Part shown: piece after piece, positions 37,501-50,400 of the stretch
Layout: each line of letters opens with the position of its first letter
Position numbering within the stretch: the stretch's first letter is position 1
NCBI RefSeq assembly: GCF_964213995.1
Contig: NC_135813.1
Location: 14,074,001-14,138,000 of the forward strand
Length of the DNA stretch: 64,000 nt
Source of the DNA: Mustelus asterias
Lineage: Eukaryota
Direction of reading: 5' to 3'
The notes under the pieces: generated by a model
Seen by the model: only the letters and a program-made list of their open reading frames with translations
What the model was told of the DNA's origin: nothing
Databases searched by the model: none
Translations under genes and position numbers: made by a program

Positions 37501-37707
37501 CTTTCTTTACCCGTACGAGAAGAGACACCAACTACGACAATTGCAATGATTGATAATTTGGTGGATCATTTGTATGCATATCGACTGGTCTTTTCTGCAT
37601 GTTTATGTGGAATGATGATTACTCTGTACAGTACTAGATTTTGGGAATTTGTTGCATCTTGTAAGAAATGTAAAATAGAAAACTTTAAATAAAACTATCT
37701 AAAAAAA
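34561..37707 (+). mobile_element. Heavily decayed L1/Tx1-like LINE inserted into the CR1 tail
   Basis: ORF1-like coiled coil RMDEVEKRILSMEGEVSS and an AATAAA..A7 end. The host CR1 stops at TTTAAAAATAGGAGG and resumes at GGTTGCCCATTTAG. Candidate TSD AGGTT. Confidence 0.55.
36782..36892. mobile_element. Harbinger/Tourist-like MITE (111 bp)
   Basis: Perfect 14-bp TIR TGCCGGAATTTTAC/GTAAAATTCCGGCA and 3-bp TSD CTA. Confidence 0.92.
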
Positions 37708-38488
37708 GGTTGCCCATTTAGAACTCAAATATAAATCAAAAACAAACCATGACTATTTGCATCAATGGGTGAGATTTTGCCTGCATTACACCAAGCGCAG
37801 TAATGGGCATGGAAATCGGTACTGTCCCCAACAGCCACAATGGTCAATTTTCATGCCATATTGTCCCCATCCCGCTTTATTAATTATACAACTCTGTGAA
37901 CCTTGCCGGATCGCTGGCAAGCAGGCCTCATTCGCCGGCCTCGACATGACTACAACACCACTTCCTCAATGCAGGCGCCATTTTTAAAAAGGGCACAGTG
38001 CGCACACTTCCCAATGCTTGCAGCACTGGAGTGCTCCACTGAAGAGGTGGCCTCAAAGCAAAGAAGAATGCTGCCCCAGATTTAGTGATACCTCACTTGA
38101 GCACCTGCTGGATGCCATGGAGGTTTGCCATGATGTCCTCTACCCCTGCTCTGACCGCAGGAAGGGCAACAAAGTGACAAATCCAGCTTGGGAGCTAGAG
38201 ACAGCCGTGGTGAGTGTGAACGCTGCCCAGAAGAGGTCTGTCACCCAATGCCGAAAGAGGATGAATGATCTCATCTTTTCCACCAGAGTAATTCAACCAT
38301 CTCATCATTCTCAACTCACACACTCACAAGCCCATCACGCACCCAAGGAATCTCATTCACTCCCAGCTTAATGGACATCACCACTCACTCTGTCAAACAC
38401 ACATCTAACAGAAAATGCTGAAGAAACTCAGCAGGTCTGACAGCATCTGTGGAGAAAGAATAGAGCCAACATTTCAAGTCTGGATAAC

Positions 38489-38669
38489 TAGATGGGTTTT
38501 TCTGACAATTGACAATGGTTTCATAGTCATCAGTAGATTCTTAATTCCAGATACTTGTTATTGAATTCAAATTCCACTATCTGCCGTAGCAGGATTCGAC
38601 CCGGGTCCCCAGAACATTAGCTGAGATTCTAGATTAATAGTCTAATATTAATACCACTAGGCCATCACC
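38489..38669 (-). mobile_element. tRNA-derived SINE 5' part (family with CR1-B tail)
   Basis: A box TGGCCTAGTGG and B box GGTCGAATCC. Body shared with the 48588 and 52690 copies. Preceded by a family-2 repeat fragment at 38405-38488. Confidence 0.75.
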
Positions 38670-39710
38670 TGGTTGGAGTCATGCCTGGCGCAAATGAAGA
38701 TGGTTATGGTGGTTGGAGGTCAATCATTTCAGTTCCAGAATATCACTACAGGAGCTGATCAGGGTAGTCCTAGATCCAACCACCTTCAGCTGTTTCATTA
38801 ATAACTTTCCTTCCATCATGAGGTCAGAAGTGGGGTTGTTCACTGATGACGGCACAATGTTGAACACCATTCGCGACTCCTCAGATACTGAAGCAGTCCA
38901 TGTCTAAATGCAACAAGACCTGGACAATATCTGGGCTTGGGCTGACAAGTGGCAAGTAACATTCATCCCACACAAGTGCCAGTCAATAACCATCTCCAAC
39001 AAAAGAGGATCTAATAATCACCCCTTGACATTCAATGGCATTACCATCACTGAATCCCCAATTATCAACGTTCTAGGGATTACTGTTGACCAGGAACTGA
39101 ACTGGACTAGCCATATAAATACTGTGGCAACAACAACAGGTCAGAGGCTAGGAATCTTGTGACGAGTAACTCGCCTCCCAACTCCCCAAAGCCTGTCCAC
39201 CAACTACAAGGCATCAGTCAGGAGTTGCCTGGATGAGTGCAGCTTCAACACTCAAGAAGCTCAACACCATCTAGGACAAAGCAGCCACTTGACTAGTACT
39301 CCTTCCACAAACATTCAATCTCTCCACCATCCACGAACAGTGACAACAGTATGGACCATCTACAAGACGTATTGCAGGAGCTCACCAAGGCTCCTCAGGC
39401 AGCACCTACCAAACGCACGACCACATCATCTAGAAAGACAAAGGCTGCTGATACCTGGTAACAGGACCACCTAGAGGTTCCCTCCAAGACACTCACCATC
39501 TTAACTTGGAACTATACCATTGTTCCTACACTGATGCTGGGTCAAAATTTTGGAATTCCTTCCCTCAGTACTGTGGGTGTACCTACACCTCAGGGACTGC
39601 AATGGTTCAAGAACCTTTGCACACCACAACCTTTTCAAGGGTAACTCGTGATGGGCAATAAATGCTAGTCCAGCCAGCAATGCCCACATCTCGTAAATGA
39701 ATAAAAAATA
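38670..39710 (+). mobile_element. CR1-clade family B LINE 3' part
   Basis: FSCFINNFP, LFTDDG and MQQDLDNIWAWADKWQV, with a GAATA(n) tail. Confidence 0.88.
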
Positions 39711-39938
39711 AGCCGTGCTGTATCTTCTCTCTGCAGGAGTCTGAGGTCGTCATGCAGGCATCATCAACTACGTAGTTTGCAGGTACGCTTTGTTTCTGAG
39801 GAACCAGCCCTGGATCCTATGTCATGCCTCGAAGATCTCCAGGATCCGCGATCTACTCAAAATATGCGAGTTGTGGACACTTCATAATTACCTGGCACAA
39901 ACTTGCAGTATTTGTTTGTAAGACTGCAGTGTAAGGAG

Positions 39939-40932
39939 AACACAGTAAGGAGTCTAACAACATCAGGTTAAAGTCCAACAGGTTTATTTGGTAGCAAACG
40001 TCATTAGCTTTCGGAGCGCTGCTCCTTCGTCAGGTGAGTGGGAGATCTGCTCATAAACAGCAAACAGGGCATATAAAGACACAAACTCAATTTACAGAAT
40101 AATGAATAATGATTGGAATGCGAGTCTTTACAGCTAATCAAGTCTTAAAGGTACAGACAATGTGAGTGGAGAGAGCAATAGCACAGGTTAAAGAGATGTG
40201 TATTGTCTCCAGACAGGACAGCCAGTGAGACTTTGCAAGTCCAGGCAAGCTGTGGGGGTTACAGATAGTGTGACATGAACCCAAGATCCCGGTTGAGGCC
40301 GTCCTCATGTGTGCGGAACCTGGCTATCAGTCTCTGCTCAGCGACTCTGCGCTGTCGTGTGTTGTGAAGGCTGCCTTGGAGAATGCTTACCCGAATATCA
40401 GAGGCCAAATGCCCGTGACCGCTGAAGGCATTCGGCCTTTGATATTCGGGTAAGCATTCTCCAAGGCGGCCTTCACAACACACGACAGCGCAGAGTCGCT
40501 GAGCAGAGACTGATAGCCAGGTTCCGCACACATGGGGATGGCCTCAACCGGGATCTTGGGTTCATGTCACACTATTTGTAACCCCCACAGCTTGCCTGGA
40601 CTTGCAAAGTCTCACTGGCTGTCCTGTCTGGAGACAATACACATCTCTTTAACCTGTGCTAATGCTCTCTCCACTCACATTGTCTGTACCTTTAAGACTT
40701 GATTAGCTGGAAAGACTCGCATCCCAATCATTATTCATTATTCTGTAAATTGAGTTTGTGTCTTTATATGCCCTGTTTGCTGTTTACGAGCAGATCTCCC
40801 ACTCACCTGACGAAGGAGCAGTGCTCTGAAAGCTAGTGGCATTTGCCACCAAATAAACCTGTTGGACTTTAACCTGGTGTTGTTAGACTCCTTACTGTGT
40901 TTACCCCAGTCCAACGCCGACATCTCCACATC
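39939..40932. mobile_element. Two PLE 3' fragments arranged as a long inverted repeat
   Basis: Arms 39939-40413 and 40427-40901 (about 475 bp), 13-nt spacer. Each arm has the GIY-YIG C-terminus and a hammerhead motif (40002-40036 on -, 40804-40838 on +). TSD-like GTGT(A/T)AGGAGAA. Confidence 0.93.
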
Positions 40933-43384
40933 GTGTTAGGAGAATACAGGAGCGTCAATTTTTAAACAAATTCTGCAAGATGTTGAGGGTGGCCTGAGGC
41001 TTGTCTTGTTGAAATTGTCCAGCGCCACTAATGCAACACACCTCAAAAGCTGATCTTGCTGTTCAATTACACTTAATTTCATCATTGTTGTGGGGAAAAA
41101 CCAGCTGTACAAGTGGAAGTTTTTCCTGTTTATGTTTTATAGTGCATGCTGCCAAGGAGCTTTGATAACCACAAGAGTGCAATCGATGGCACTGTCCATC
41201 ATGAAAACCTGGAAATCTCAGCAAAAGCCAGTGCTTTGGCATCCTGGTGTGCTTGATCTTTATCAAAGTTGATGTAATTGTGGGCCTTGGCAAAAAGGGT
41301 GTCGGTGATCTCATGTAGGCATTTGTGTGTGGATGCCTGAGAGATCCTTGGTTCCAGCAGAACCCTGGAAGGAACCAGTGCCATAGAAGGTGAATGTGTC
41401 TGTTATTTTCACAGCCACTGGAAAAGGATGTCCTCCATGTCCACATGGTGCCAATTCATGCAGAATGCGGCAAATGAGAATTATCAGATCCCTGGGACAT
41501 GTGACGGCATCAACGACACCTGTTCTTAGTCATCTGCAGATAAGACAGGTGACTTTGGTACACCCTTGGTGTAGTGAGATGCCTGTGCGTGATGTTTCTG
41601 TTCCCCTGAATGTTAACATCCAGAGGGGGCATTGCTGGGCCATGGACTTCAGGGTTTTGTTCCTGCTTTTGGTGAGCCAGCTTTCTCCTTTGCTAACGCC
41701 TCTTTCTTCTTCCATTTCTGTCTGCAGTTACGTAAGCAACAATTAATGCAGGTCTTATCTGCCTTGTGGCCTCCTCTCTGCAGTATAAATGAGAAACACA
41801 CAGGAGTCAGAACTCATCGACAATATTCACCTTGATGTCAATGATTTGTTTGCGACTGTGAGTTAAAGGACCTGGTTCCTGTGTCGCCAAATGTTCGCGA
41901 CATAAACGATTGACACTGTGGTGTGCGTACCTAGGTGATTCCCTTCTCGCAAATCATGAATAACTAAGATGAGACTGCTTTGGCCAGGTGTCTGGATGTG
42001 TTGCTTTCAGTTCAGGTGCTGGCATCCTCACACACAGCACAGTAAGACTGCAGTGTTAGGAGAATACAGGAGCGTCAATTTTTAAACAAACTCTGCAAGA
42101 TGTTGAGGGTGGCCTGAGGCTTGTCTTGTTGAAATTGTCCAGCGCCACTAATGCAACACACCTCAAAAGCTGCTCTGACTGTTCAATTCCACTCAATTTC
42201 ATAATTGTTGTGGGGAAAAACCATGCTGCGAGCAAGACAATAAACTCAGGATATCGATTAGTGTCAGTTTGCGTGTTCATTGCTTCAGTTTGATGATTTC
42301 CTGTACTGCCATTAAAAGTTCACTAGCATCTCTCAGCTCTGCTCATCTAGGAATGCACTGTTCTGTTGGGTGGCCCTTTATTCGCACTCTTCCCACCACC
42401 ACCAGCTCCCACTCCTCCCATTGCAGTCAGCTGGTGTCCATGGTGCCTGCAAAGACCCCAACAGCAAGGTTTGCTCTCATATTTTTTGTCTGCGCGATCA
42501 CAGCTGGTGCAAGATGTGGTGGCGGTGAGCTCTCACTGCCAGACCAGCTTGAACCCTCCATGTGAGGGTGGAAACCACCCTCCCTCTTCATCACTGAGAA
42601 AGTAAACATGAAGGTTACCCTCTGTCATAAGCCTCTCACTCCTCCATCTATATTCCTTGTATCCATTGCTCTTGTGTTACTTATCCAAGAGTTAGCCCAT
42701 AGATATTCTGAGGTGGAGGGACCTATGCCACTTGTCACAACCTGCGAACTTGCCTGAGACCACTTCCCCACTTTCGCCAAGCAAGCCCTCATCCTGCAGC
42801 CATTGATAAGATACCTCTGCCTTTCCACTGGTATAGTAAGTAGAGACTGGCCTGTGAGCCCCTCCGGAACAGCCAACCAGCTGCCTGCAAAATCTGAGAG
42901 TGAATTTTAGGAGCGCTGTCCAAAACAAGGTAGGCAAATGAACCTCAAAGTGAGGAACAAAGTGCAAGTTGCCAGGTGCACGTTGCTTTTGTACTGTTGT
43001 GAAACACGTCGGTGTGACTGTGCATTGAAGTGGCCTCATGATCCAGGTGGCGGGATGATTCCGGTGAGCAGGGCTTATAGTGAGATGCAAATCTATGGAA
43101 ATGATGTTCCCGACATGCAACAGTGAGAAATGCAATGCGTCATTGATAGGAGAAGAAGACATTCACAAAGAGACAAAATCGATTTTTGCAATCTCATGAG
43201 ATTTTCCACTTCCACCCGCCATGACTCCAGCCGCAAACGGGAGCGGAAAATCCCAGATAATGTGTTGGACTGAAATATTTTCTTCACACTTTCCTTTTTT
43301 TTAGGCAGAATGATTTCTAGAAAAGCTTGAGTTTTTCTTTGGCTGTCTACATTGGGCTTATCGTCTCCAGAATTTAGGCAACTA

Positions 43385-43650
43385 CAATGTGATCTTATTG
43401 AAACAAGATTCTGAAAGGCTACACACTGAGAAGTTGTTTCCCTTGGCTGGGAAATATAGAGCACAGGGGCTCTGTCTCAGGATAAGGGGTCAATCATTTA
43501 GGACTGAAATTATGAGAAAATTCTTCACTCAAAGGCTTGCAAGTCTTTGGAATTCTACTCCAGAGGGGTAGAGAGCTGAATACATTTAAGGCTGAGACAG
43601 ACAGGTTTTTGGCCATTCATGAAGTAGGGGTGTGGGTGGGAAATAGAATT
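43385..43650 (+). mobile_element. CR1 3' fragment
   Basis: LFPLAG, LRIRGQSFRTE and KFFTQRLASLWNS. Confidence 0.75.
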
Positions 43651-43691
43651 GAGGCAGAAGGTCTATTTTACAAAACTCCTGATCATCACAC

Positions 43692-44838
43692 TGAGGTGAG
43701 AGTGACAGCCCTTGACATCAAGGCTCCATTCAACCGAGTGTGGCATCAAGGAGCTCTAACAACATGGGAATCATTGGGTATCGGGGGCAAACACTCCGCT
43801 GGTTGGAGTCATACCTGGTACATAGGAAGAGGTTGTGGTTGTGGAGGGTCAGTCATGTCAGCTCCAGGGCATCTCTGCAGGAATCCCTCAGGGTAGTGTC
43901 CTAGGCCCAACAATCTTCAGCTGCTTCATCAATGACTTTCCCTCCGCCGATGATTGCACAACGTTCAGTACCTATCACAACTCCTCAGATACTGAAGCAG
44001 TCCATGTTCAAATGCAACAGGATCTGGACAATATCCAGGCTGGGCTGACGAGTGGCAAGTAGCATTTGCATCACACAAATGCCAGGCAATGACCATCATC
44101 AATAAGAGACACTCTAACCACCGTCCCTTAACATTCAATGGTGTAACCATCACTGAATCCCCCACTGTCAACATTCTTGGGGTTACCATTGACCAGAAAC
44201 TCAATTGGACTCACCACATCAACACAGTGGCGACAAGAGCAGGTCAGAGGCTAGGAATACTGCGGCGAGTAACTCACCTCCTGACTCTCCAAAGCCTATC
44301 CACCATCTATAAGGCACAAGTCAAGAGTGTGATGGAATACTCCTCACTTGCCTGGATGGGTGCAGCTCCAACAACACTCACGAATCTTGACACCATCCAG
44401 GACAAAGCAGCCCGCTTGATTGGCACCACATCAACCAACATTCAATCTCTCCACCACTGATACTCAGTAGCAGCAGTGTGTACTATCTACAAGATGCACT
44501 GCAGCAACTCACCAAATATCCTTAGACAGCACCTTCCAAACCCACGACTACTTCCATCTAGAAGGACAAGGGCAGCAGATACATGGGAACTCCATCACCT
44601 GCAAGTTCCCCTCCAAGCCACTCACCGTCCTGACTTCGAAATATATCGCCATTCCTTCGCAGTTGCTGGAACAAAATCCTGGAATTCCCTCTCTAACGGC
44701 ATTGTGGGTCAACCCACAGAATGTGGACTGCAGCGATTCAAGGAGGCAACTCACCACCACCTTCTGAAGGGCAACTAGAGATGGGCAATTAATGCTGGCC
44801 AGCCAGTGACGCCCATGTCCCACGAATGAATAAAAAAA
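43692..44838 (+). mobile_element. CR1-clade family B LINE (RT to tail)
   Basis: ALDIKAPFNRVWHQG, GIPQGSVLGP, ADDC and YKAQVKSVMEY, with a GAATGAATA(n) tail. Confidence 0.92.
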
Positions 44839-46147
44839 GCTTTCCCCTCTTTCTGCCCTGTGAAAAAAACCCCCCAACTAATTCAACCAGATTCTTTTCC
44901 AATTCCCAGCTCTCTTGGTTTCGGTCCAGTGTACTTATTGCTGTCAGTACCTCTATGAATCCATTCAATAATTACTTTCCATTTCCTTACCCTTTGATGA
45001 CCTGATCCTGATCAGATCCCATATGGTTATCCCACCCACCTCACCCCTAATTTTGAACCCAGCCCAATTCCCCCTTCCCTAATATTAAAGCCCCCCCCTA
45101 TGGTCTTAAATCTGTGGAGTGGAGACTGGACTGCATGACCTGTGTAACTAATCTGGCAGTCTATCTCAAGAGGTAACACTTTACTTCTAAAGGGCCAGAC
45201 CATCTTATTGCTTCAGGGAAATCCTTTGTGCTGGAGTACAGCTGGATGGGCTGTCTTTCCTGTTGACACACAGCACGTTCATAGGGAACCTGGTGCTAAA
45301 TTATAGCCAATCTCAAACTTCTTCATCATTAATAATCACTGCCTCTAATCTCCTTCCCCATTTCTTTCATCGTCACCTAGGTTTCTTTTTTGAATCAACA
45401 CGTTCCCTTTTGTTATCTCTGTCTAACTCCTCGTAACACTCCCTTCCACCTATAGGTGCCTTTATCAAGAGGGCATATTTCCAGCGCAGAATGGAAACAT
45501 ACCACCCACTACATTTTTTACTCAGGGCACAGTAACAACAAAATTTCATGGCCATTTAGTTGACTGGAATTTACTGATATTATAATCTTGATGTAGGAGG
45601 TATCTATTCATTTTGGCCAACTCAACTACTGATGTTTTTTAGACTTTCAGTAAATTTGCAAGGTGAAGTTAAGCAAATAGTTTCAAAATTGAACAACAGT
45701 TATGTCATTGTTTTCATAAGTTTTAGAATGTATGTTCTGTTGCATATTTTGTTGTTTTAATGTATACTCTAACAAATAATCATGCTAAATAAAAATTTTG
45801 CCTCAACCGGCTTACCCACCAAACAGAGCTTAGCTATACGGTTTCCATTTAACTATTTTGTCTGATTTCTGGGTGACATAGCCCATCCCAGCCCTGAATA
45901 CTGCTCCAGGCAATCAGTTGGATTCTGTGTTTAGTCTTTGATCAACGCTCAACTATCAGATTAGCATATGCACACACTCATCCTGCACTTTATCCTCTTA
46001 ATAAACTTTCAAACTCCCCCACTGCTGTTCGACAGAGCAATCAGCCACTGCCTGAACCAATCCCCCACTCATTCCACCGCTGAATGCCAAGTATGTGTGC
46101 ATGCTGTGTAATTGCTCTTTGACTATTCCTACAGGAGCGATTCCTAC

Positions 46148-46216
46148 CCGTTTGATGCAGTCCGTTTTTGACAGCCGTTCTAGGATCAGCTTTGCCCATA
46201 GTGTATTGGGAATTTC
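46148..46216 (-). CDS. AK8: Adenylate kinase 8 coding exon (equivalent to exon 5)
   Basis: 69-nt exon between ttttgctttgcAG and GTagga. Translates EIPNTLWAKLILERLSKTDCIKR, similar to human [23 protein letters not shown]. Confidence 0.93.
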
Positions 46217-48587
46217 CTGCAAAGCAAAAGAGAATTGCAAAGAGATGAGAGGGTGAATATTCAGAGCGAAGTTCAAAAGGAATTCCAAAGCCCCTACATG
46301 ATTAGGCTGAAGGAGAAAAGTGAAGAGAATCGGCAGGCACTTTTTTTTGACAGTTACTGGGTCCCATGGGGGAATTGGCTCGAGACCCATGGTCCAGCGC
46401 AGTGGGAGTGTGGAATCACTGCCTGCTTGTGGTGGATCATGCTGCTTGCTGCCGCAGCCAGTGTCTGCTTCATCCCTTTGAAGTGTCACACTGACAGAGG
46501 TTATGAAAGTTACAAACTCATTTTGTGTTGTCCTGCTATACCAAGCAATCTTTTAAAGTTGCTTTAGGGTTTTTAGAAAATCTGGAAGAAAAAAAAATTA
46601 GTAAGGATGTCGAAAGTGGTTAAGATTCATGTCTACCATCTGGAGCAAAGTATGGTAACTTTCAAAACACAGGATGCACAATGAATATCTGTAAGATATA
46701 ATTTATATACAGTGAATTCATAAAGTAAGCAGGGTGGTGGTCAACCCTGTAAGTGGGATATAAAATTATATTCTCAGGCCTTCACTGTGTATCCTATTTA
46801 TACAACACATTAGCTAAAAAGGTACAATTTGAATGATAAGCATTAGAATAGAAATAATTTTAATTGCAAACTATACTGATGCGCAGATTGGTTCCTGGAT
46901 CATTATCTTGAATAGCCCTCCCCCACATCCCCGGCAGTGTTATTTGTTCTCAATTATAATGATATTTCCATGAAATTTAAATATTTCATGGAAATGATTT
47001 GATCATATGAAAGATAAAAATTATACTGCTGCTTGGGTTAGAACTTTTGCCCAATTGTTTAAATCTTTTCTCAATTTAAAATGTGCAATAATTTTGTTTT
47101 CCAACTCTAAATTTGACTGCATTACTGGAACTGTACTGAGAACACAGTTCCTTCAGAACTAAAACAAAGAGAATTTGTTGATGTATTCAGTCATCAAAAA
47201 GTGAAGTTTTAACAAAAAATTTAAATAATTGAAATTACTGCTTTGGAAAGCTGACCTTACACCAGCCATGGAAAGAAGTTGGTTAACAATTTTAAGAATT
47301 TCAGGGAACCACTAAAATACAAATTTTATCTTTAGAATGTTAGTTTTCAACTGAGCAACAGGAATTAATGAAGTTTATTCCTCCCACTGAAAATGGATGA
47401 TTTGTCTTCTATACAGCGAGATTGATGGTACTTTTAATACTATCAATGACACTAACCACTGCATCCTTTCAGCTTTTGCAGATGTTAAAAAAAAAATCAA
47501 TATATAATCACAAAGAGGCTAAGCATGTCTGGGGAAAATGCAAAGCTTATTCCTTGTAGAACAATGTCATTGTCATTTAGACAAATATATGGAAAGATAA
47601 GCATACAAAGGACAACATTGAGGGCCACCTTCACAAAAGTACAATGCCATATAGTTAACGTTACATGCTTTTCATTTGAACAAATTAAACTGTACTATAT
47701 TAAAGTATCTTAAATCACGAAATGGTTAAGTTTAAATCTGAAGTATTATGTAGTTAGCTGCAAAGATGTCTATCAACCAATGCATGAATACATTCACAAA
47801 CAGTACAACTGTCCTGTAAATTAACATTTGTTTATGCCTTTGTGAAGTAAGGCCCTTGGGAGGTTTTTCTCTGCAATATAATGCAAGTTCTTGTTGAAGT
47901 AATCAACATTGAAGCAACATTTAAATTATTCTCTTCTTGTTTCAAATCATTATTTGTGAAAGGATTCTCGCCACCAGTTCTGATTTAATCCCTGTATTGG
48001 ACTTGACCTTCTCGCAATGGCCAAAATCAATGTCAGAAAAACATTGGCCAACCAAAACATTAAAGCCCAGAAAGGACATCATAACAATTACAATTTTCCA
48101 AGTAAAGAGCTAGTGTACTAAGAATATAATTAATGCCCATGCTGCTCTTTAAGAAGCTGCACTACAATAATTTTTCCAGAGCTGTTATCTCCCTTGAGCA
48201 GAGTTTTATTCCTTTAATTAGCACTGAGTAACTCCACTTATTTTCATCCATTTCCACACTACAGCATTGCTTAAAATTAATTTAAATGGGCAGTATTTAT
48301 TGAAAAAGTTAAATTAAATCCATACTCCCTCATCTGACCCAGGTTTCACCGGATACACTGTATGACAAAACAGCAAGATGTCAAAATCACAATATTCATA
48401 AACTGCAAGAAGAACGATTCAGTTTGGTTAAGAGAATTAACCAACTATGTGCTTCCAGGTCTATGTGAACGTCACCTGATGCCAAATGCAGGTTAATTCA
48501 TAACTCATGGCCAATTGTGGTTTAACTTGGTCAGTGGTTAGAGCATTAAAATTAGCATCAGCATTCCTGAAAAAAGCACCGGAAGTT

Positions 48588-48833
48588 CTTTATTCGTTCA
48601 GGGAATGTGGGCGTTGCTGGCTAGGCCAATATTTATTGCCCATCCCTAATTGCCCTTAAACTGACTGATTTGCCAGGCCATTTAATAGTCAACCACATTG
48701 CCGTGGATCTGAAGTCACATGTAGGCAGACCAGGTAAGGTTGGCAGATTTCCTTCCCTAAAGGATATTAATAAACCAGATGGGTTTTTACAATTGACAAT
48801 GGTTTCATGGTCAAATTAGACTTTTAATTCCAG
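48588..48833 (-). mobile_element. SINE with CR1-B tail (5' truncated)
   Basis: Body homologous to the 38489 and 52690 copies; 3' end matches family-B LINE tails. Confidence 0.75.
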
Positions 48834-49070
48834 AAGTTGAGGAATACCAGCCAGAATTTGCACTTATCTGCTAACTGGAACATGGACATATCCAGTAAGG
48901 ATACGATCATGTTCATGTGTGACAATCCCAAAGGCCAAATTTCTGACTGCAGATTAAGAGCCACCACAGATGTGATTTCAGGGGGTGTGAGTGCTAACAA
49001 AACCATATGCCCAAGTTACCACCTTTAGAAAATATTGAACAAAAACACTGAAGATAACATATTACTGTAC

Positions 49071-49181
49071 CTTATTGTTGATGTTTAATCTTTGAATTTT
49101 GTTAGAAATCACAGATTTATTTGCTAGCATATTGTCCAAAGTGAGAAAGTTCATACTGATCTTGTCACACAGCAACTTGGC
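49071..49181 (-). CDS. AK8: Adenylate kinase 8 coding exon (equivalent to exon 4)
   Basis: 111-nt phase 0/0 exon; acceptor tttttcactttacttttactAG, donor GTacag. Translates AKLLCDKISMNFLTLDNMLANKSVISNKIQRLNINNK, similar to human AMWLCKHLNSSLLTLENL. In frame with both flanking exons. Confidence 0.9.
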
Positions 49182-50400
49182 CTAGTAAAAGTAAAGTGAA
49201 AAATCTCACACATAGGAACAATGCCAGTTCGTAGTTTAAGGTTAAATCTTTAGGGCTTTAAGAATTAACAATGCTATACCATACACGGATATCTTAAAAG
49301 AACAGGGACAACACCAAAGCATTATTGATAAAAAATGTTCAAAGTATATCTCATGGTTTTTGGATTGATAAGAAACACAGATTTCTAAATCAATTCTTTT
49401 TCTTTTTAATCCCTTTAGTGAAGCAGAAAAAAAAACATATTCTCTATTTCTTAAAGATTATTTAGCACCATGAAAATATAGACATTTCAGTATAAATACA
49501 GAAACAGATTAAAATAAATTACAAATCAACAAGCAAATTATGTATGCAAAACGAATGTTTGTTATATTCAGAAGAAGAAGAAAATTTAGGCAATTGAGTT
49601 TCTGCAAAATGAGAATGTACATAGGATACCTTCTACCACAAGTATCAATATTTATACTTAATAGTGGAGGAAATATCAAGGAGTGAAAGATTACTTTTGT
49701 AGTACATGCATCTAAGAAAGGGAATAGGATCGGCCCTAGAAACTCTGGATCATTGAGTTACAAACTTTTTAACATGGAACTGAAAGCAACAAGAATATTA
49801 GATATTACAACACAGAACCAGACAAACTGCAGCCCATTAAACTAGCGTTAATAATTTTTCCCTTTCCTTTTCCTGTTATCTTTCAGGTAGTTATTCAATT
49901 AAATTTTACATAAGGTTATAAATTCTTGGATAGAAACTTGTCCTCGCTAAGCCTGTTTTCTGGGTGGAAAATAGGGGCAAAACTGAGCATTTTGGAGGGC
50001 TCTGATACGCAACACAAGGTAGACTGAAATACACCCAGAACCATAATTGACATCAGGTAATTCTTGAGTCTCCTGGATCGGCAGCTTGAACTCCTATTAA
50101 GATCCTTGTATATGCTATTGAGGGGTCTAACACCTGCTTGCAGATCCCCTCAACAAGGTTAATCTCGGTCCTAGAGAAACAATGTGCAGAGGTATGGGGA
50201 AAAGGCAAGAGAACAGCACTAAGTCATAATGCTCATTTGGAGACTTGGTATAGACATGATGGGCTGAATGACCTCCTTCTGTGTTGTAACAATTCTGTGG
50301 CCTGCTCAGTCAGGTTTTGAGACAAGCAGTGTGACCTAAGGAGTGCCACCACCAAAAATATTTGATTTTATTTTCTGACCTAGACCAAGAATGTCCTTCC

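Larger units (their letters stand above)
37767..43256. mobile_element. PIF/Harbinger transposon B (Myb on +, DDE on -) with multiple nested insertions
   Basis: Myb exon at about 38045-38287 (PRFSDTSLEHLLDAME, TNPAWE, QCRKRMNDL, then GT). DDE remnant on minus at about 39712-39916 (QILQVCAR, QGWFL, AERRY) and 41110-41800 (DQAHQDAKALAFAEI, AIDCT). Ends GGGTGAGATTTTGCC and GGAAAATCCCAG form only a weak TIR. Confidence 0.72.

Noticed and set aside
45998-46489. 163-aa ORF as a stand-alone gene
   Set aside because: Only 23 codons are the AK8 exon; the rest is intronic read-through.
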